From Octopus sinensis (Eukaryota): DNA of 64,000 nt. The stretch lies in assembly GCF_006345805.1 (NCBI RefSeq), contig NC_043010.1, positions 17,608,001-17,672,000 on the forward strand. The letters are read 5' to 3'. The notes beneath the pieces were generated by a model, which saw only the letters and a list, made by a program, of their open reading frames with translations, made no database searches and was not told the origin of the DNA. The position numbers and the translations under genes were made by a program. Below, piece after piece: positions 12,248 to 24,308 of the stretch; within the stretch, counting starts at the first letter, position 1; the number at the start of each line of letters is the position of its first letter.

Positions 12248-12995
12248 TTGCAGTGGATCCCCTTGTTCCAAATAGATAAGAGTTATGAATTGCCCCTTTG
12301 TAGGATGTGTGGCAGCAGAAACAAGACAATCTCAAACATTGCGATTGAGTGCCGCAAGATGGCCCAAAAGCACTACAAAAGGAGGCACGATAACATGGCT
12401 AAGTTTGTCCACAGGAGGCTATGTGAAAAGTATGGCCTGAAGAGAGCATGGAAATGGTACAAACATGAACCAGAAAACAATTAATATAAGATACTGTGGG
12501 ATTTTACAATCCAATGTGACTCCCTAGTTGATGCTCAGAGACCAGATAATGTCGTAGATAAAGGAAAAAAGGAAACCAAGATCATAGTTATTGGAATACC
12601 TGGAGATGCACGCATAAGTGACAAAGAAATAGAAAAGATCAAAAAGTACAGAATACTAAAAGACGAAATTGCAAGAATGTGGACTATGAGGAGAGTGTCG
12701 GGAGAGTGTTTGTCATTCCAGTGATTGTATGGGGCACTCGTAGCACTGACAACCAGGTTCAAGAAATATGTCAGACAAATCAGAATTGACATGAGAGCAG
12801 AGCAAGGGCAAAAAAACTGCTCTGTTGGGAGAAGATTGATGCTTGGATGTCGAATGTCTTTCATGATAATTAACAACCAAGTATCAAAGCTTATAATGTG
12901 CAGAAAGAGACCCTGTGACACCTCTTACAACAGGCGATTGTCTGCTCTCACAGAATCAACCAGAGCAAACAAGATCAAATGCTCTGAAATGTAAA
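12248..12995 (+). mobile_element. R4/Dong-like non-LTR retrotransposon 3' fragment (CCHC plus RLE, degenerate)
   Basis: CRMCGSRNKTISNIAIECRKMAQKHYKRRHD knuckle region; RPD..ID-type RLE; ends in (AAT)n. Confidence 0.85.
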
Positions 12996-13019
12996 ACAAT
13001 GATGATAATCATAATAATC

Positions 13020-13070
<51 letters not shown>

Positions 13071-13083
13071 GTAATAATAACAC

Positions 13084-13278
13084 ATAACAAAAACACCAGG
13101 ACTTACAAACACATATAACATACAGAAAATTGCACCACTAGGCACTGCACACATCCTATGCAGAACACTTTCAATACAGTAACCATCAGAGCATCAGAAC
13201 AAACCACAGCACATACCCAAGGCACACAGAGCTGCGCTCGGTAGTGAAGTGAAAGCACATTATAAAAATAAAACTACT
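13084..13278 (+). mobile_element. R4/Dong-like extreme 3' end (second subfamily)
   Basis: Encodes ITKTPGLTNTYNIQKIAPLGTAHILCRTLSIQ*; homolog at 50813-50972; between (AAT)n tracts. Confidence 0.75.
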
Positions 13279-13295
13279 GAATGATAATGATGATG

Positions 13296-13350
<55 letters not shown>

Positions 13351-13370
13351 CAACAATAATAATGATAATA

Positions 13371-13965
13371 ATTGGAAAATATGTGAATACTACAAAATCA
13401 GCACTCTTGCTGAGCCAGTTGTTGAAGGTAAAAATGTCACTATCCTCTGGGATTTTCCAGTGAACACCGACAGAACAATCCAGGCTAATCAACCAGACAT
13501 AATTATTAAAGACAGGCAAGAAAATATTTGTAGACTAATAGATGTAAGTGTTCCCACTGATAAAAAATATATCTGTCAAGGAATTTGACAAATTAAGTAA
13601 ATATAAGGACCTGGAAATTGAAAATACAAAAGCTGTGGCAACTTAAAGCAAGAACTGTCCTTGTTATTGTAGGTGTCCTAGATATGATAAAAATGGGATG
13701 TCAGAAACATCTAAATAACATCCCAGGAGAACCATGTCTCAGACAAATCCAAAAGATTGTGCTGACAAGTTCTGCTCACATCCTCAGAAAGACCCTATCA
13801 ATTTAAATGTCTGTGTTTTATTACATGAAGATATTTTACTACTGCCCCAGCCACTTCCCCTCCCCAAGCTTTCAGTCATACTGTAACATCTCTTATCCTT
13901 CACTCGCCCCAGGACGCTGGGTGTGATCAGCAAGTGACTGTAACAAACATACAGATTAAAAGTAA
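13371..13965 (+). mobile_element. R4/Dong-like RLE 3' fragment (third subfamily)
   Basis: IIIKDRQENICRLIDVSVP..KEFDKLSKYKDL..IQKIVLTSSAHILRKTLSI*. Confidence 0.8.
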
Positions 13966-13995
13966 ATAACAATAATAATAATAATAATAATAATA

Positions 13996-14470
13996 AACCA
14001 GACATTGTTGTGAAAGACCAAACCAATAATATCTGTTTATTGATTGACATGAGCATACCTTGTGACCATAATAGTTTGGCAAAAGAATTTGATAAGCTCA
14101 GAAAATATAAAGATCTGCTGATTGTAATTTAAAAAAGGTGGCATCTCAAGACATTTACAATACCAGTAATTGTAGGAGCACTTGGAATGATCAAAAAAGG
14201 AACTGAAAATTATTTGTGGATGATCTTTGGCTTACCATCCATGCAGGAAGGGCAAAAGATTGTCTTAACTGGAAACTGGTCACATGTATTGAGAAGAGCA
14301 TTGTCGCTGTGAATTTTCTTCCTTTTCTCCCCTTTATTTTCTTTTTTTTCCTTCTTTCCTTTTTCTATCACATGACTTTGTAGCTGAACAATCTGGTGTG
14401 TTTCTCTGCCCCAGGTGTCAAGAAGACACTCAGCAAGAAATGGAAACAGAATTGAAAGAAAATGATAATG
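13996..14470 (+). mobile_element. R4/Dong-like RLE 3' fragment (fourth subfamily)
   Basis: KPDIVVKDQTNNICLLIDMSIPCD..KEFDKLRKYKDL..PVIVGALGMIKKG. Confidence 0.8.
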
Positions 14471-14478
14471 AAAATAAT

Positions 14479-15432
14479 AACAAGAGCACTCAACGATTAG
14501 CCAGAAATGATTTTTAAAATGAGAATATCTGAAATAAACTCGACTGCTCTCACTAACAAGAATACTAAAAAATGAACTCAAAAATTAAGTAAAAACAACC
14601 TGGAAAAATAATCCAGAAGGCTTGTCTGGTACCTGATCGATTCCAATGGTAGTCATGGAATGTGAAGGTGGGTGTGCAGGCCGTGTTTGTAATGCTGTGC
14701 ATGTGTCATCTGCAGTGGGAACAGGGTCAGTTTTCTCTAAGCAGACCTTTTTTTAGTCTATCCACTGATATAGTGTCTTTACGACCATTAAGGTCTATAG
14801 TAAAAAATTTATCCATGCGGGAAAGAAAATGGAAAGGACCTGCATACGGTGCTGTTAACGGCGGTTTAACACTATTGTTGCACACAAAAACGTGAGCCCA
14901 AGAAGTAAAGCTTCCTTCAAGGCAGAGCTAGAAATGCAATTGTCAAGTAGGTCAGAGGTTTTAAACAGGAGCGATAAATTTGAAATTGGTAAAACTAAAA
15001 ATTGTCCAGGATAAATTAAATTTATTATTGCTATTATGTTAGTGTTATTTAATTTCTGAACGGTTTTACTACCATTTGTTTATGTAGTTTGATTTCTTTA
15101 TCCATCTACTAAGATAGAGATACGGGTAAATTAATAATAGAGAAATGAAAATAAAACTTTGGAAACAGCAATGCCACCATAATTTACGTGGAAACTATGA
15201 GCGTGCTTTCATGGAAGATAATCAGAGAAAGACATGAATGTAAAGTAAATATAACAAATAATCCAGAATCCTTGTCCAGTACCAGATCGATCCCAAAATC
15301 TAATCAGTTTCTGCCAGTCATGATTTCATCCGAATCCAGCCAGCAGTTCTTGAGATATCTTGTCCACAGACAAACAAACAAACAAACATGACTGAAAACA
15401 ATACCTCCGCCTTCGCTTAGGTGGAGGTAATA
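14479..15432 (-). mobile_element. Helentron/DINE-1-type non-autonomous element (split or two partial copies)
   Basis: Termini homologous to 47219-47585 in reverse orientation. Confidence 0.6.
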
Positions 15433-15598
15433 ATAATATCTTCCATGATAACTAACAACCAATTATCAAAGCTTATATTATATGAACAGAGACACTGTGA
15501 GACTTCTGACAACGGACTTGTTATCCACTCTCACAGAATCAACCAGAACAAACAAGATTGAGAATTCTGAGAAGTAAAACAACAACAACAATAATAAT

Positions 15599-16154
15599 AT
15601 GCCCTGATGCAGTACCAGGCAGTGGCTCTCATGGCTTCTGATCTTAACTGATTGGAAGTGTTATCATGTACATTGTTTTGTCTTGGTATAAAAGATGGGC
15701 TACAGCAAATATTCTGCTCAATACCACAGATTTGCTTGTCAGTTGTTTGACCTTAACCAGTTGAGCATGTCCCTTAGTGGCTGACGATATGTGCATCTCT
15801 GATCACGAGCAGAAGTAGTGGGGGAGCATCATAGCCATGTGTTGAGAGGGATTCTTTGGGGTTTGAATAATTCACCTCTGGAAACATGGGTGGTTCTTTC
15901 AACATCCTTAAACAACCCTTATTCAGGGACCTTTTGTGCGGGATGGGCTACTCAACCTGAAGAAAATTCTAACTGGGCCCCACCTGCAAGGTCATGTGCT
16001 GTTTATCTTGATATGAGATCACCATGTCATGCACATATGGTTGTGATGCATGTGCCTGGTGTACCCTTATCAGACGGGTAGTCATGATGGGTATATTGGG
16101 CTTCGTATATTTTACCCCAATGTCACTTTGATGGCATGAACTGCTCTCTCACTC
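15599..16154 (+). mobile_element. About 560-bp non-coding element bounded by (AAT)n
   Basis: Same ends as 50225-50760; partial inverted copy at 47631-47779. Confidence 0.8.
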
Positions 16155-16169
16155 AATAATAATAATAAC

Positions 16170-16201
<32 letters not shown>

Positions 16202-16330
16202 TGATGATGATGATGATGATGATGATAATAATAATAATGGTTTCAAATTTTGCTACAAGAGCAGCCATATTGAGGGAGGGGATGGGTCGATGTAATCGAC
16301 CCCACTGTTTCACTGGTACTTAATTTATAA

Positions 16331-19300
16331 TAATAAACAGTGATCAAGTAGTAAAACAGCCAAACAACATAAGTTACACAGTTCAAGACAAAGAACCTTC
16401 AAGAAAAAATAACAGCATCACCAATCAAGAAGGGAAAACTGACACCAGCAACTTAAGTGAGGAAGATCAGAAGATTTTAGATGAGTTGAAGGAAGTGATG
16501 AGTAAAGAAGAAAGAAAAAAGTTACCAACATTAAAAGGTGTTGATAGAAGGAAGTTGCTAGATACTACTAGGAAAGTAGATTCTCTTAAAAGCAGGATCG
16601 ATACTAAAAATATAGGTTATACTAACTTATTGATTTATGCAGGAGGAATAGTAGTTACTGACAGAGTAGGTATTCCTCAAGAAAGGAACAGGAAGGAGCA
16701 GATGTGGAAAAGAAGATTAGAAAATAAAGTGAAGACTTTAAGACAAGATCTGAGTTGAATAAAAGCCTGGAAACAGGATAAAAGCCTGGAAACAGGATAA
16801 GTTAGGAAAGACAAGATGTAAATCTTCTCTTGAGAATAAGTTCTTAGTCAATGAGAAATATTTAGGATAGTCATGGAAGAGCTAAAACAGCATATCATAG
16901 CAATGGCAGGTAAGCTTTCCAGATATCAGAAAAGAATAGATTAGTATCAACAGAACAGATTGTTCAAGAGAGACCAGAGGAGATTTGATCACCAAATAAA
17001 TAGTGTAGAAGAAACTAATGATGATGAAAAGCCTAATGCAGAAGAAGCTAGAAAGTTCTGGAATGATAATTGGGATAATCCAATTAATCTTAACAGAGAT
17101 GCAGTATGGTTATAGAAAGTGAAATAAGAAGTAGTTAGCAAGAAGAAGCCAGATCTAAAACTAACAAGTGTAAGGGCCCAGGATCAGATCTAGTTCAAGG
17201 GTGCTGGTTAAAGCAATTTGGTAGCTTACACAGGAGACTGAGGGAACAACTCCTGGATTGCCTGAATGGAGGAGTCATATTTCATTGGATGACTAGAAGG
17301 AGAAGAATACTCCTTATGAAAGACAAAGCAAAGGTAATACAGCTAGCTATCATAGAGCAATCACTTGCTTAGCATTAGTGTGGAAGCTGTTAACAGGAAT
17401 GCTCTCAGAAAGCATTTATGAGCAACGTGACAGCCAGAATTTACTTCCAGAAGAACAGAAAGGTTGCAGGAAGAAGGCTAGAGAAATCCCTGATCTATTA
17501 TATGTAGACAAAGCAGTTCTAAAAGAAGTGAAATCCAGAAAACTTTAACAATAGCAAGAATAGATTATAAGAAAGCCTATGACATGATCCCCCACTCATG
17601 GAGAAGTGAATGTTTGAGTCTATTCAGTATTGCAGACAACAATTAAATAGTTATAGCAGGAAGAAATGGAAAGTAGATCTCCACTCAAGTGACACAGCCT
17701 TAGGGAAAGTTTATATCAAGAGGAATTTTCAAGGGAGACCCATTATCCCCTTTAATATTTGTGCTGTTTGACCTTCACCCTCAGTTTAGTATTATGAAAG
17801 TCAAAGGCAGGCAATCAGTTTAAAGATAGTAAAGGTAAAATTAACTATTTGCTCTACATGGATAATCTGAAGTTTTTTTGATAAGAATAAAAACGAGATA
17901 GATTCTTTAATACAAGCTGTAGGAATTCCTCAGCAAAAATATACGTATGGAATTTGACATGGATAAGTACACAATATTAGTCATCAAAAAGAGACAGGTA
18001 GTCAGCAGTGAAGGCATCCAATTCCCAGATGGCCAGACATTAAAATCACTGAAAGCAGGAGTATCAGAATCTGACAGAGTACTAATAGTAGAAATGAAGT
18101 GTAAATTTGTGGAGTACATCAGAAGAGTGAGGAAGTTAATGAAGTTGAAGCTAAAAGGTCCGATTCTAGTGGAGGTTGTAAATATTTGAGCAGTGTCGTT
18201 ACTTAGATATTCATTAGTCTTTGTAGATTGGACAAAATCTCAATTGCTAAATCTAGATAGAAGAACTAGTAACGAATTCAATATGAATGGAGGACTCATC
18301 CAAGAGCAGGAGTAGCAAGACTATACTTACTTAGAAAGGAAAGTGGTAGAGGATTAATATCAGTAGAAGACTGTGTGGAGTTGGCTCAAGTAGATATAGA
18401 TTCCTATGTGGGTAACAGTGAGTACATTTTATTAAGAACTGCTAGAGTAACAGTAGGAGATAAGAAAATTAAAATGCCAAATGAGATTAAAAACCAGAAA
18501 AAAAGAAGCAAGAATATTTGACTGGCAAGAGAAGGCTTTGCATGCTAGATTTCTAAAGATAGTGGCAGAAAATAGTAATAGTAAGACATGCTTGTAGTTG
18601 CAGAAAGGAAGGCTGAAAAAAGAGACAGAAAATTTGATAGTAGCAGCACTGGATCAAGCATTAAGGACTAATTGGATAAAAGCCAAGACTGACAAAAATT
18701 GCGTAGATTCCCAATGTAGGTTATGTAAATCGAAGGAGGAATGCGTTACTCATTTAGTTAGTGAATGTAGTAAGCTTGCACAGAAAGACTACAACAAAAG
18801 ATATGACAACCTAGGGAGAATAATCCATTGGGAGTTATATAGTAAGCTAGGATTTAACCATACTGATAAGTAGTATGAACGTGAACCTAGTAAAAAGTGC
18901 TAGAAAGTAAGAAATACAAGATGTTGTGAGATTTTAACATTCAAACTGACAGAGTGATAGAAGCTAGGAGGCCTGATTTAGTAGTAGTAGATAAAGAGAA
19001 TGGAAAGTGCCAGGTAATTGACTTTAGAGTTCCAAAAGATGAGAAAGTCGATATAAGAGATATAGAGAAACTAGCAAAGGACCAGGACCTAGCCGTTGAG
19101 TTACAGAGGCAATGGAAAGTGCAGGTGAAATGTATTGCTGTAGATATAGGTGCATTAGGAACTGTCCTTAAAGATTTGAACAGGTGGACAGATGAAATAG
19201 GCATAAAATGTAGTTTTGTGAGGCTCCAGAAACAGTAGTGTTAAGGAGAGCAAGGATACTTAGGAAGATTCTTGGCATCTAAGGTTACTTATTGCAACCC

Positions 19301-19350
19301 AATGTTAGGATTTTTTTGTTTCCAACAGTTTAATCTGTTGTGCAAATATG
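16331..19350 (+). mobile_element. Near-full-length decayed R4/Dong-like retrotransposon (RT, CCHC, RLE)
   Basis: WKRRLENK, EEQKGC, IDYKKAYDMIPH, QGDPLSP, YMDN, CRLCKSKEECVTHLVSEC, RRPDLVVVDK..ID across frameshifts and stops; followed by (AAT)n. Confidence 0.9.
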
Positions 19351-20027
19351 AAATAATAATAATAATAATAATAATCCTTTCTGCTATAGGCAGAAAGCCT
19401 GGAATTTGCAGTGGGGGGGGGTGAACTCAGAGGAAAATGTCACAAAACATTTTATCAATAGTGATGATGATGATGATGATGATGATGAGGAGGAGGAGGA
19501 GGAGGAAAATAAGAATTTTTCTTTAGCACAGCAACTCAAAGAGTTACAAAAACATTCAAAATTTTCACAGAGTAATAAAGAAAGAAAAGCAAAAAAAAAA
19601 AAATAGAGCATGAAAGCCAAGTTTACAGGTATGGAAGGGAGCAGGTGAGAGACATTATACAATATATGGAAGGATGTATTTATTTATATATATAAAGATA
19701 AATTAAATATAGAGATATTCTATTGACATTCAATAATTTATATTACAATATAATATAAAACACTATGAATATAATATATAACATGATATTATATAACATA
19801 AATAATTATAAAAACCATTAAAGGCCAACAAATTGTTTCGATTTTTATATATTTTTTCTGATATACATAATCACTGTTCGGTTATATATAAACCACTTCT
19901 TTATTCAATTTATCTTTATAATTGAATTATACCAATATTTATATGGTATCCAAACTGAAGTGCCAGGGAATTGGATGTTTAAACAATCCCTTTGAAGGAT
20001 TACTTTTCCTCAGTTTGTTACTTTATC

Positions 20028-20097
<70 letters not shown>

Positions 20098-20150
20098 CAT
20101 CCATCTATCTACCTACCTATCTACCTATCTATCTATCTATCCCTCTCTCT
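20028..20150. repeat. (TCTA)n microsatellite
   Basis: Tandem run. Confidence 0.97.
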
Positions 20151-20354
20151 CTCTTTCGGAGAGGCACTGAGCAGCTATACGCACACATACACACACGGCA
20201 GTAACTTCCACCTACCGAATTCAATCACAAAGCTCCGGTCGGCTCGGGGCTATAGTGGAAGACACCTACCCAAAGTGCCACGCAGTGGGACTGAACCCGA
20301 AACCATGTATATATATACATAAGAGAATAAGATGTACGTTACGCCGCAATAATA

Positions 20355-20627
20355 TATGTATAAAAAATATATATAAAAATACAAAATGGGACAAGAACGC
20401 AAAACACTCAAAGAGACGACACAAAAAACGGACGGGTCATTCGAAGCCTCTAATCTTCAGTCAAGAACCAGATCCTCCTCGCAATTTCGGCTGATTAATC
20501 TTGCGAGGAGGATCCGGTTCTTGACTGAAGATTAGAGGCTTCAAATGACCCGTCCGTTTTTTGTGTCGTCTCTTTGAGTGTTTTGCGTTCTTGTCCCATT
20601 TTGTATTTTTATATATATATTTTATAC

Positions 20628-20630
<3 letters not shown>
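20355..20630. repeat. Fold-back: about 130-bp inverted arms, 16-nt loop
   Basis: 20355-20484 is the reverse complement of 20501-20630 with few mismatches. Confidence 0.92.
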
Positions 20631-20658
<28 letters not shown>

Positions 20659-20659
<1 letters not shown>

Positions 20660-20905
20660 GATGGGGGCTGGTGCAAAAGTAGGTATACAGTGTAACATCA
20701 ATGTTATATTACTTAATTCATTAAAATTATTAGCACCTTAAATTAGCCGCATTTTTGATATTTTCCATGTCATTAATCATAATAATACATTTGTCATAAC
20801 TATAATAATATTTCTTTCGTAACTTTTAATTTTTAGATACAAATAAATGAGTATTGTACATGTTTTCCTTTTTCATAACTGTATACCTACTTATGGACCA
20901 CCCTG
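20659..20905. mobile_element. Tc1-like MITE
   Basis: Imperfect TIRs (..AAGTAGGTATACAG / CTGTATACCTACTTATGGACCACCCTG). Confidence 0.65.
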
Positions 20906-20909
20906 TGTA

Positions 20910-21308
20910 TCTATATATATAAAGATGAGAATGAGTGTATGTGTGTGTCTGTCTGTCTGTCTGTGTGAATCCCTAAAACCTGAGAACTACACAACCAATT
21001 TCATTCAAATTTCACACATGCCTTACTTAGGGTCCATGTAGTGTCACAGGCCCAAAAACTCTTTAACTTCTTGCCTAGTGTGAGCCCACAGCAATATCAT
21101 ATCTTCTCCACTATTTCAGTATTACGTGTCAAAAGTGAAAGAATAATACCTCTCTATTGTAATGTCAGATATTTTCACTTTAATACTTTCACTTTAATAC
21201 TGAAACTATTAAAGTGAAACTATTATCTCACATATATACAAGCACACATACATATATACATACATACATATATGCGGCAGGGCAACCTGTTGCCTGCCCT
21301 TTTACTTA
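20910..21308 (+). mobile_element. Non-autonomous Helitron-like element
   Basis: A|TCTATATATATAAAG 5' end, (GTCT)n, 3' hairpin GGCAGGGCAACCTGTTGCCTGCC; terminal CTAG degenerate. Confidence 0.5.
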
Positions 21309-21379
21309 TATACTATATATAATATATATATATATTATGTAAACATATATATTATGTATATATATATATATATATATAT

Positions 21380-21655
21380 ATTCAACAACAATTGAGGAAC
21401 GGCTACAATAGGCCGTTCAACCCACTAGAAATAGCAGCCAGGGCTCCAACTGCAAAATAGTAGTAATTCCGAAATGTAAGGAAAAATTAGAAAAAACATT
21501 TACCCTGTAAATGTTTTTTTAATTTTTTTAATTTTTTAATTTTTTAAATTTTTCCTTACATTTCGGAATTACTACTATTTTGCGGTTGGAGCCCTGGCTG
21601 CTATTTCTAGTGGGTCGAACGGCCTATTGTAGCCGTTCCTCAATTGTTGTTGAAT
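21380..21655. repeat. Near-perfect palindrome, about 120-bp arms, 3-nt loop
   Basis: 21380-21503 versus 21507-21655; right arm carries an (AATTTTTT)n expansion. Confidence 0.92.
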
Positions 21656-21863
21656 TTATTCATAGTCTCTGACTATTTCCTCTTTCTCACTAGACCGCTG
21701 GTGGCAAAATAATTTCTATTGAATTTTTTGCTGCCCTAAATTGATTAATTATATATATATATATATATATATACATCTTCACAAATATATATAGATGTAT
21801 ATATATAGATGTATGTGTATACATGTATATGTATAGCTGTATATGTATACATGTATTGTGTAG

Positions 21864-24308
21864 ATGTATATATATATATATATATATATCAGCCAAATTG
21901 ACTACATCCTTACAAGGCAAAGGGAGAGATGGCTGCTTATAAATGCCAAAACCTTCCCAGGTGAAGAATGTACCCCACAACATAGACTGGTAGTTAGTGA
22001 CTTTAGGATCAGGACTAGGAGGACAACCAGAAGACGACAAATATGGAGAAGAAGGATCTGGAAGCTTAAAGATCCTGCAAATGGACAGAGATTTAGGGAC
22101 ATATTACTTGAAGCCTCTGACGAAGTAGAAGGGGATAGAGCATCACAGGGGGTAGAAGACAGCTGGACGTTTCTAAGGGACAACCTGCTGAGAGCCACTG
22201 ACCAGATCTGTGGCTGGTGCAAAATCCCCTCAAGACCCAAAATAACGTGGTGGTGGAACAATATTGTAGACAGGGCTATTAGAGAAAAGAGACAGGCTTG
22301 GAAGGTCTGGAAAAATGGCGGTAGCAGGGAATTGTATCAGACTGCCAAAAGAGAAGCTAGGAGACAGGTTTATTTAGCCAGAGGGGAAGCAGATAAGAAA
22401 AAATTTGCCAATGTTCTGCGCCGTGAGGACCAAAGACTGGAGGTGTTTCGTGTTGCAAGACAGTGTGTGAGAGAGAATCGTGATGTGGTAGGAGAGAAGT
22501 GTGTTCGCATGGAAGATGGTTCACTTGCGCTAAATGAGGATGCAAAGAGAGAGGTTTGGAGATGCCACTATGAAAGGTTGCTGAATGAAGAAAATGAATG
22601 GGATAAAGAGAGTCTGCCGAATGTTGACCCAACAGAGGGACCAGCTATCCGAGTTGATAGTTCCGTGGTAGCTAAGGCAATTAGAAGCATGAAGACAGGG
22701 AAAGCCCCAGGCCCATCAGGAATCACTGCAGAGATGCTCAAAATGTCTGGTAGTGTCGGCTATAGCCTAGTCACCCGTATAGTTAATCAGGTGATACACA
22801 AAGGGGTCATACCCAATGACTGGTGTAGCAGTATAATAGTCAACTGCTACAAAGGTAAAGGTGATGCCCTAGATACAAATAACTACAGAGGTATCAAGCT
22901 GTTGGACCAGGTGATGAAGGTTACGGAGAGGGTCATAGCCCAACTAATTAGAGAGAGAGTTAGTTTAGATGAGATGCAGTTTGGGTTTGTGCCAGGGAAA
23001 AGTACTACTGATGCTATATTCCTGGTAAGGCAGCTGCAGGAGAAATACCTAGCCAAAGATAAGCCCCTGTACCTGGCTTTTGTTGACATGGAGAAAGCCT
23101 TCGACAGGGTCCCCCGATCCCTTATCTGGTGGGCAATGAGGAAACTAGGGATAGATGAATGGTTAGTGAGAGCTGTGCGGGCCATGTATAGGGACGCCGC
23201 TAGTAGGGTGAGGGTTGGAAATGAGTACAGTGAAGAATTCCGGGTAGAGGTAGGAGTCCACCAAGGCTCAGTACTCAGCCCCCTCCTATTTATCATAGTC
23301 CTCCAGGCAATAACGGAGGAATTCAAGACAGGATGCCCTTGGGAGCTCCTCTATGCTGATGACCTTGCTCTAATTGCTGAGTCGCTATCAGAACTGGAGG
23401 AGAAGTTTCAGGTGTGGAAACAAGGATTAGAATCGAAGGGCCTCAGAGTCAATCTAGCTAAAACCAAAGTCGTAATCAGTAGGAAGGTAGACAAATCACA
23501 AACACCTTCAGGTAGATGGCCCTGCTCGATCTGTAGAAAAGGTGTAGGTAGAAACTCTATAAGATGCACCAAGTGTAAGCTATGGACACATAAGAGATGC
23601 AGCAATGTCAAAGGAAGGCTAACTAGGAAGATGGTTTTTGTATGTGGCAGATGCTCAGGAACAATAAACACTGAAAATGCTCTGAGACCAACTTCCGTCA
23701 CTTTCCAGGGAGAAAAACTAGAAATAGTTGATAGTTTCCGTTACCTAGGTGACCAAGTCAGCAGCGGGGGCGGGTGTGCTGAAAGTGTAACTGCTAGAGT
23801 AAGAATAGCTTGGGCAAAGTTCAGAGAGCTCTTACCTCTGCTGGTGACAAAAGGCCTCTCGCACAGAGTGAAAGGCAGACTGTATGATGCGTGTGTACGA
23901 ACAGCCATGCTACATGGCAGTGAAACATGGGCCGTGACTGCTGAGGATATGCGTAAGCTCGCTAGAAATGAAGCCAGTATGCTCCGATGGATGTGTAATG
24001 CCGGTACTCACACTCGGCAGAGTGTAAGTACCTTGAGAGAAAAGCTGGACCTAAGAAGCATCAGTTGTGGTGTGCAAGAGAGACGTTTGCACTGGTATGG
24101 TCATGTGGCGAGAATGGATGAAGATAGTTGTGTGAAAAAGTGCCACACCCTAGTGGTTGAGGGAACCTGTGGAAGAGGCAGACCCAGGAAAACCTGGGAC
24201 GAGGTGGTGAAGCACGACCTTCGAACTTTAGGTCTCACTGAGGAAATGACTAGAGACCGAGACCTCTGGAAGTGTGCTGTGCGCGAGAAGACCCGGCAGG
24301 ACAAGTGA
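21864..24308 (+). CDS. RTE ORF: APE C-terminus, reverse transcriptase and PHD-type finger (first 9 codons are microsatellite)
   Basis: Uninterrupted 814 codons; KAPGPSG, NYRGIKL, QFGF, DMEKAFD, GVHQGSVLSP, YADD at 23352, FRYLG; C4HC3 at 23523-23654. Confidence 0.95.
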   Translation: MYIYIYIYISQIDYILTRQRERWLLINAKTFPGEECTPQHRLVVSDFRIRTRRTTRRRQIWRRRIWKLKDPANGQRFRDILLEASDEVEGDRASQGVEDSWTFLRDNLLRATDQICGWCKIPSRPKITWWWNNIVDRAIREKRQAWKVWKNGGSRELYQTAKREARRQVYLARGEADKKKFANVLRREDQRLEVFRVARQCVRENRDVVGEKCVRMEDGSLALNEDAKREVWRCHYERLLNEENEWDKESLPNVDPTEGPAIRVDSSVVAKAIRSMKTGKAPGPSGITAEMLKMSGSVGYSLVTRIVNQVIHKGVIPNDWCSSIIVNCYKGKGDALDTNNYRGIKLLDQVMKVTERVIAQLIRERVSLDEMQFGFVPGKSTTDAIFLVRQLQEKYLAKDKPLYLAFVDMEKAFDRVPRSLIWWAMRKLGIDEWLVRAVRAMYRDAASRVRVGNEYSEEFRVEVGVHQGSVLSPLLFIIVLQAITEEFKTGCPWELLYADDLALIAESLSELEEKFQVWKQGLESKGLRVNLAKTKVVISRKVDKSQTPSGRWPCSICRKGVGRNSIRCTKCKLWTHKRCSNVKGRLTRKMVFVCGRCSGTINTENALRPTSVTFQGEKLEIVDSFRYLGDQVSSGGGCAESVTARVRIAWAKFRELLPLLVTKGLSHRVKGRLYDACVRTAMLHGSETWAVTAEDMRKLARNEASMLRWMCNAGTHTRQSVSTLREKLDLRSISCGVQERRLHWYGHVARMDEDSCVKKCHTLVVEGTCGRGRPRKTWDEVVKHDLRTLGLTEEMTRDRDLWKCAVREKTRQDK

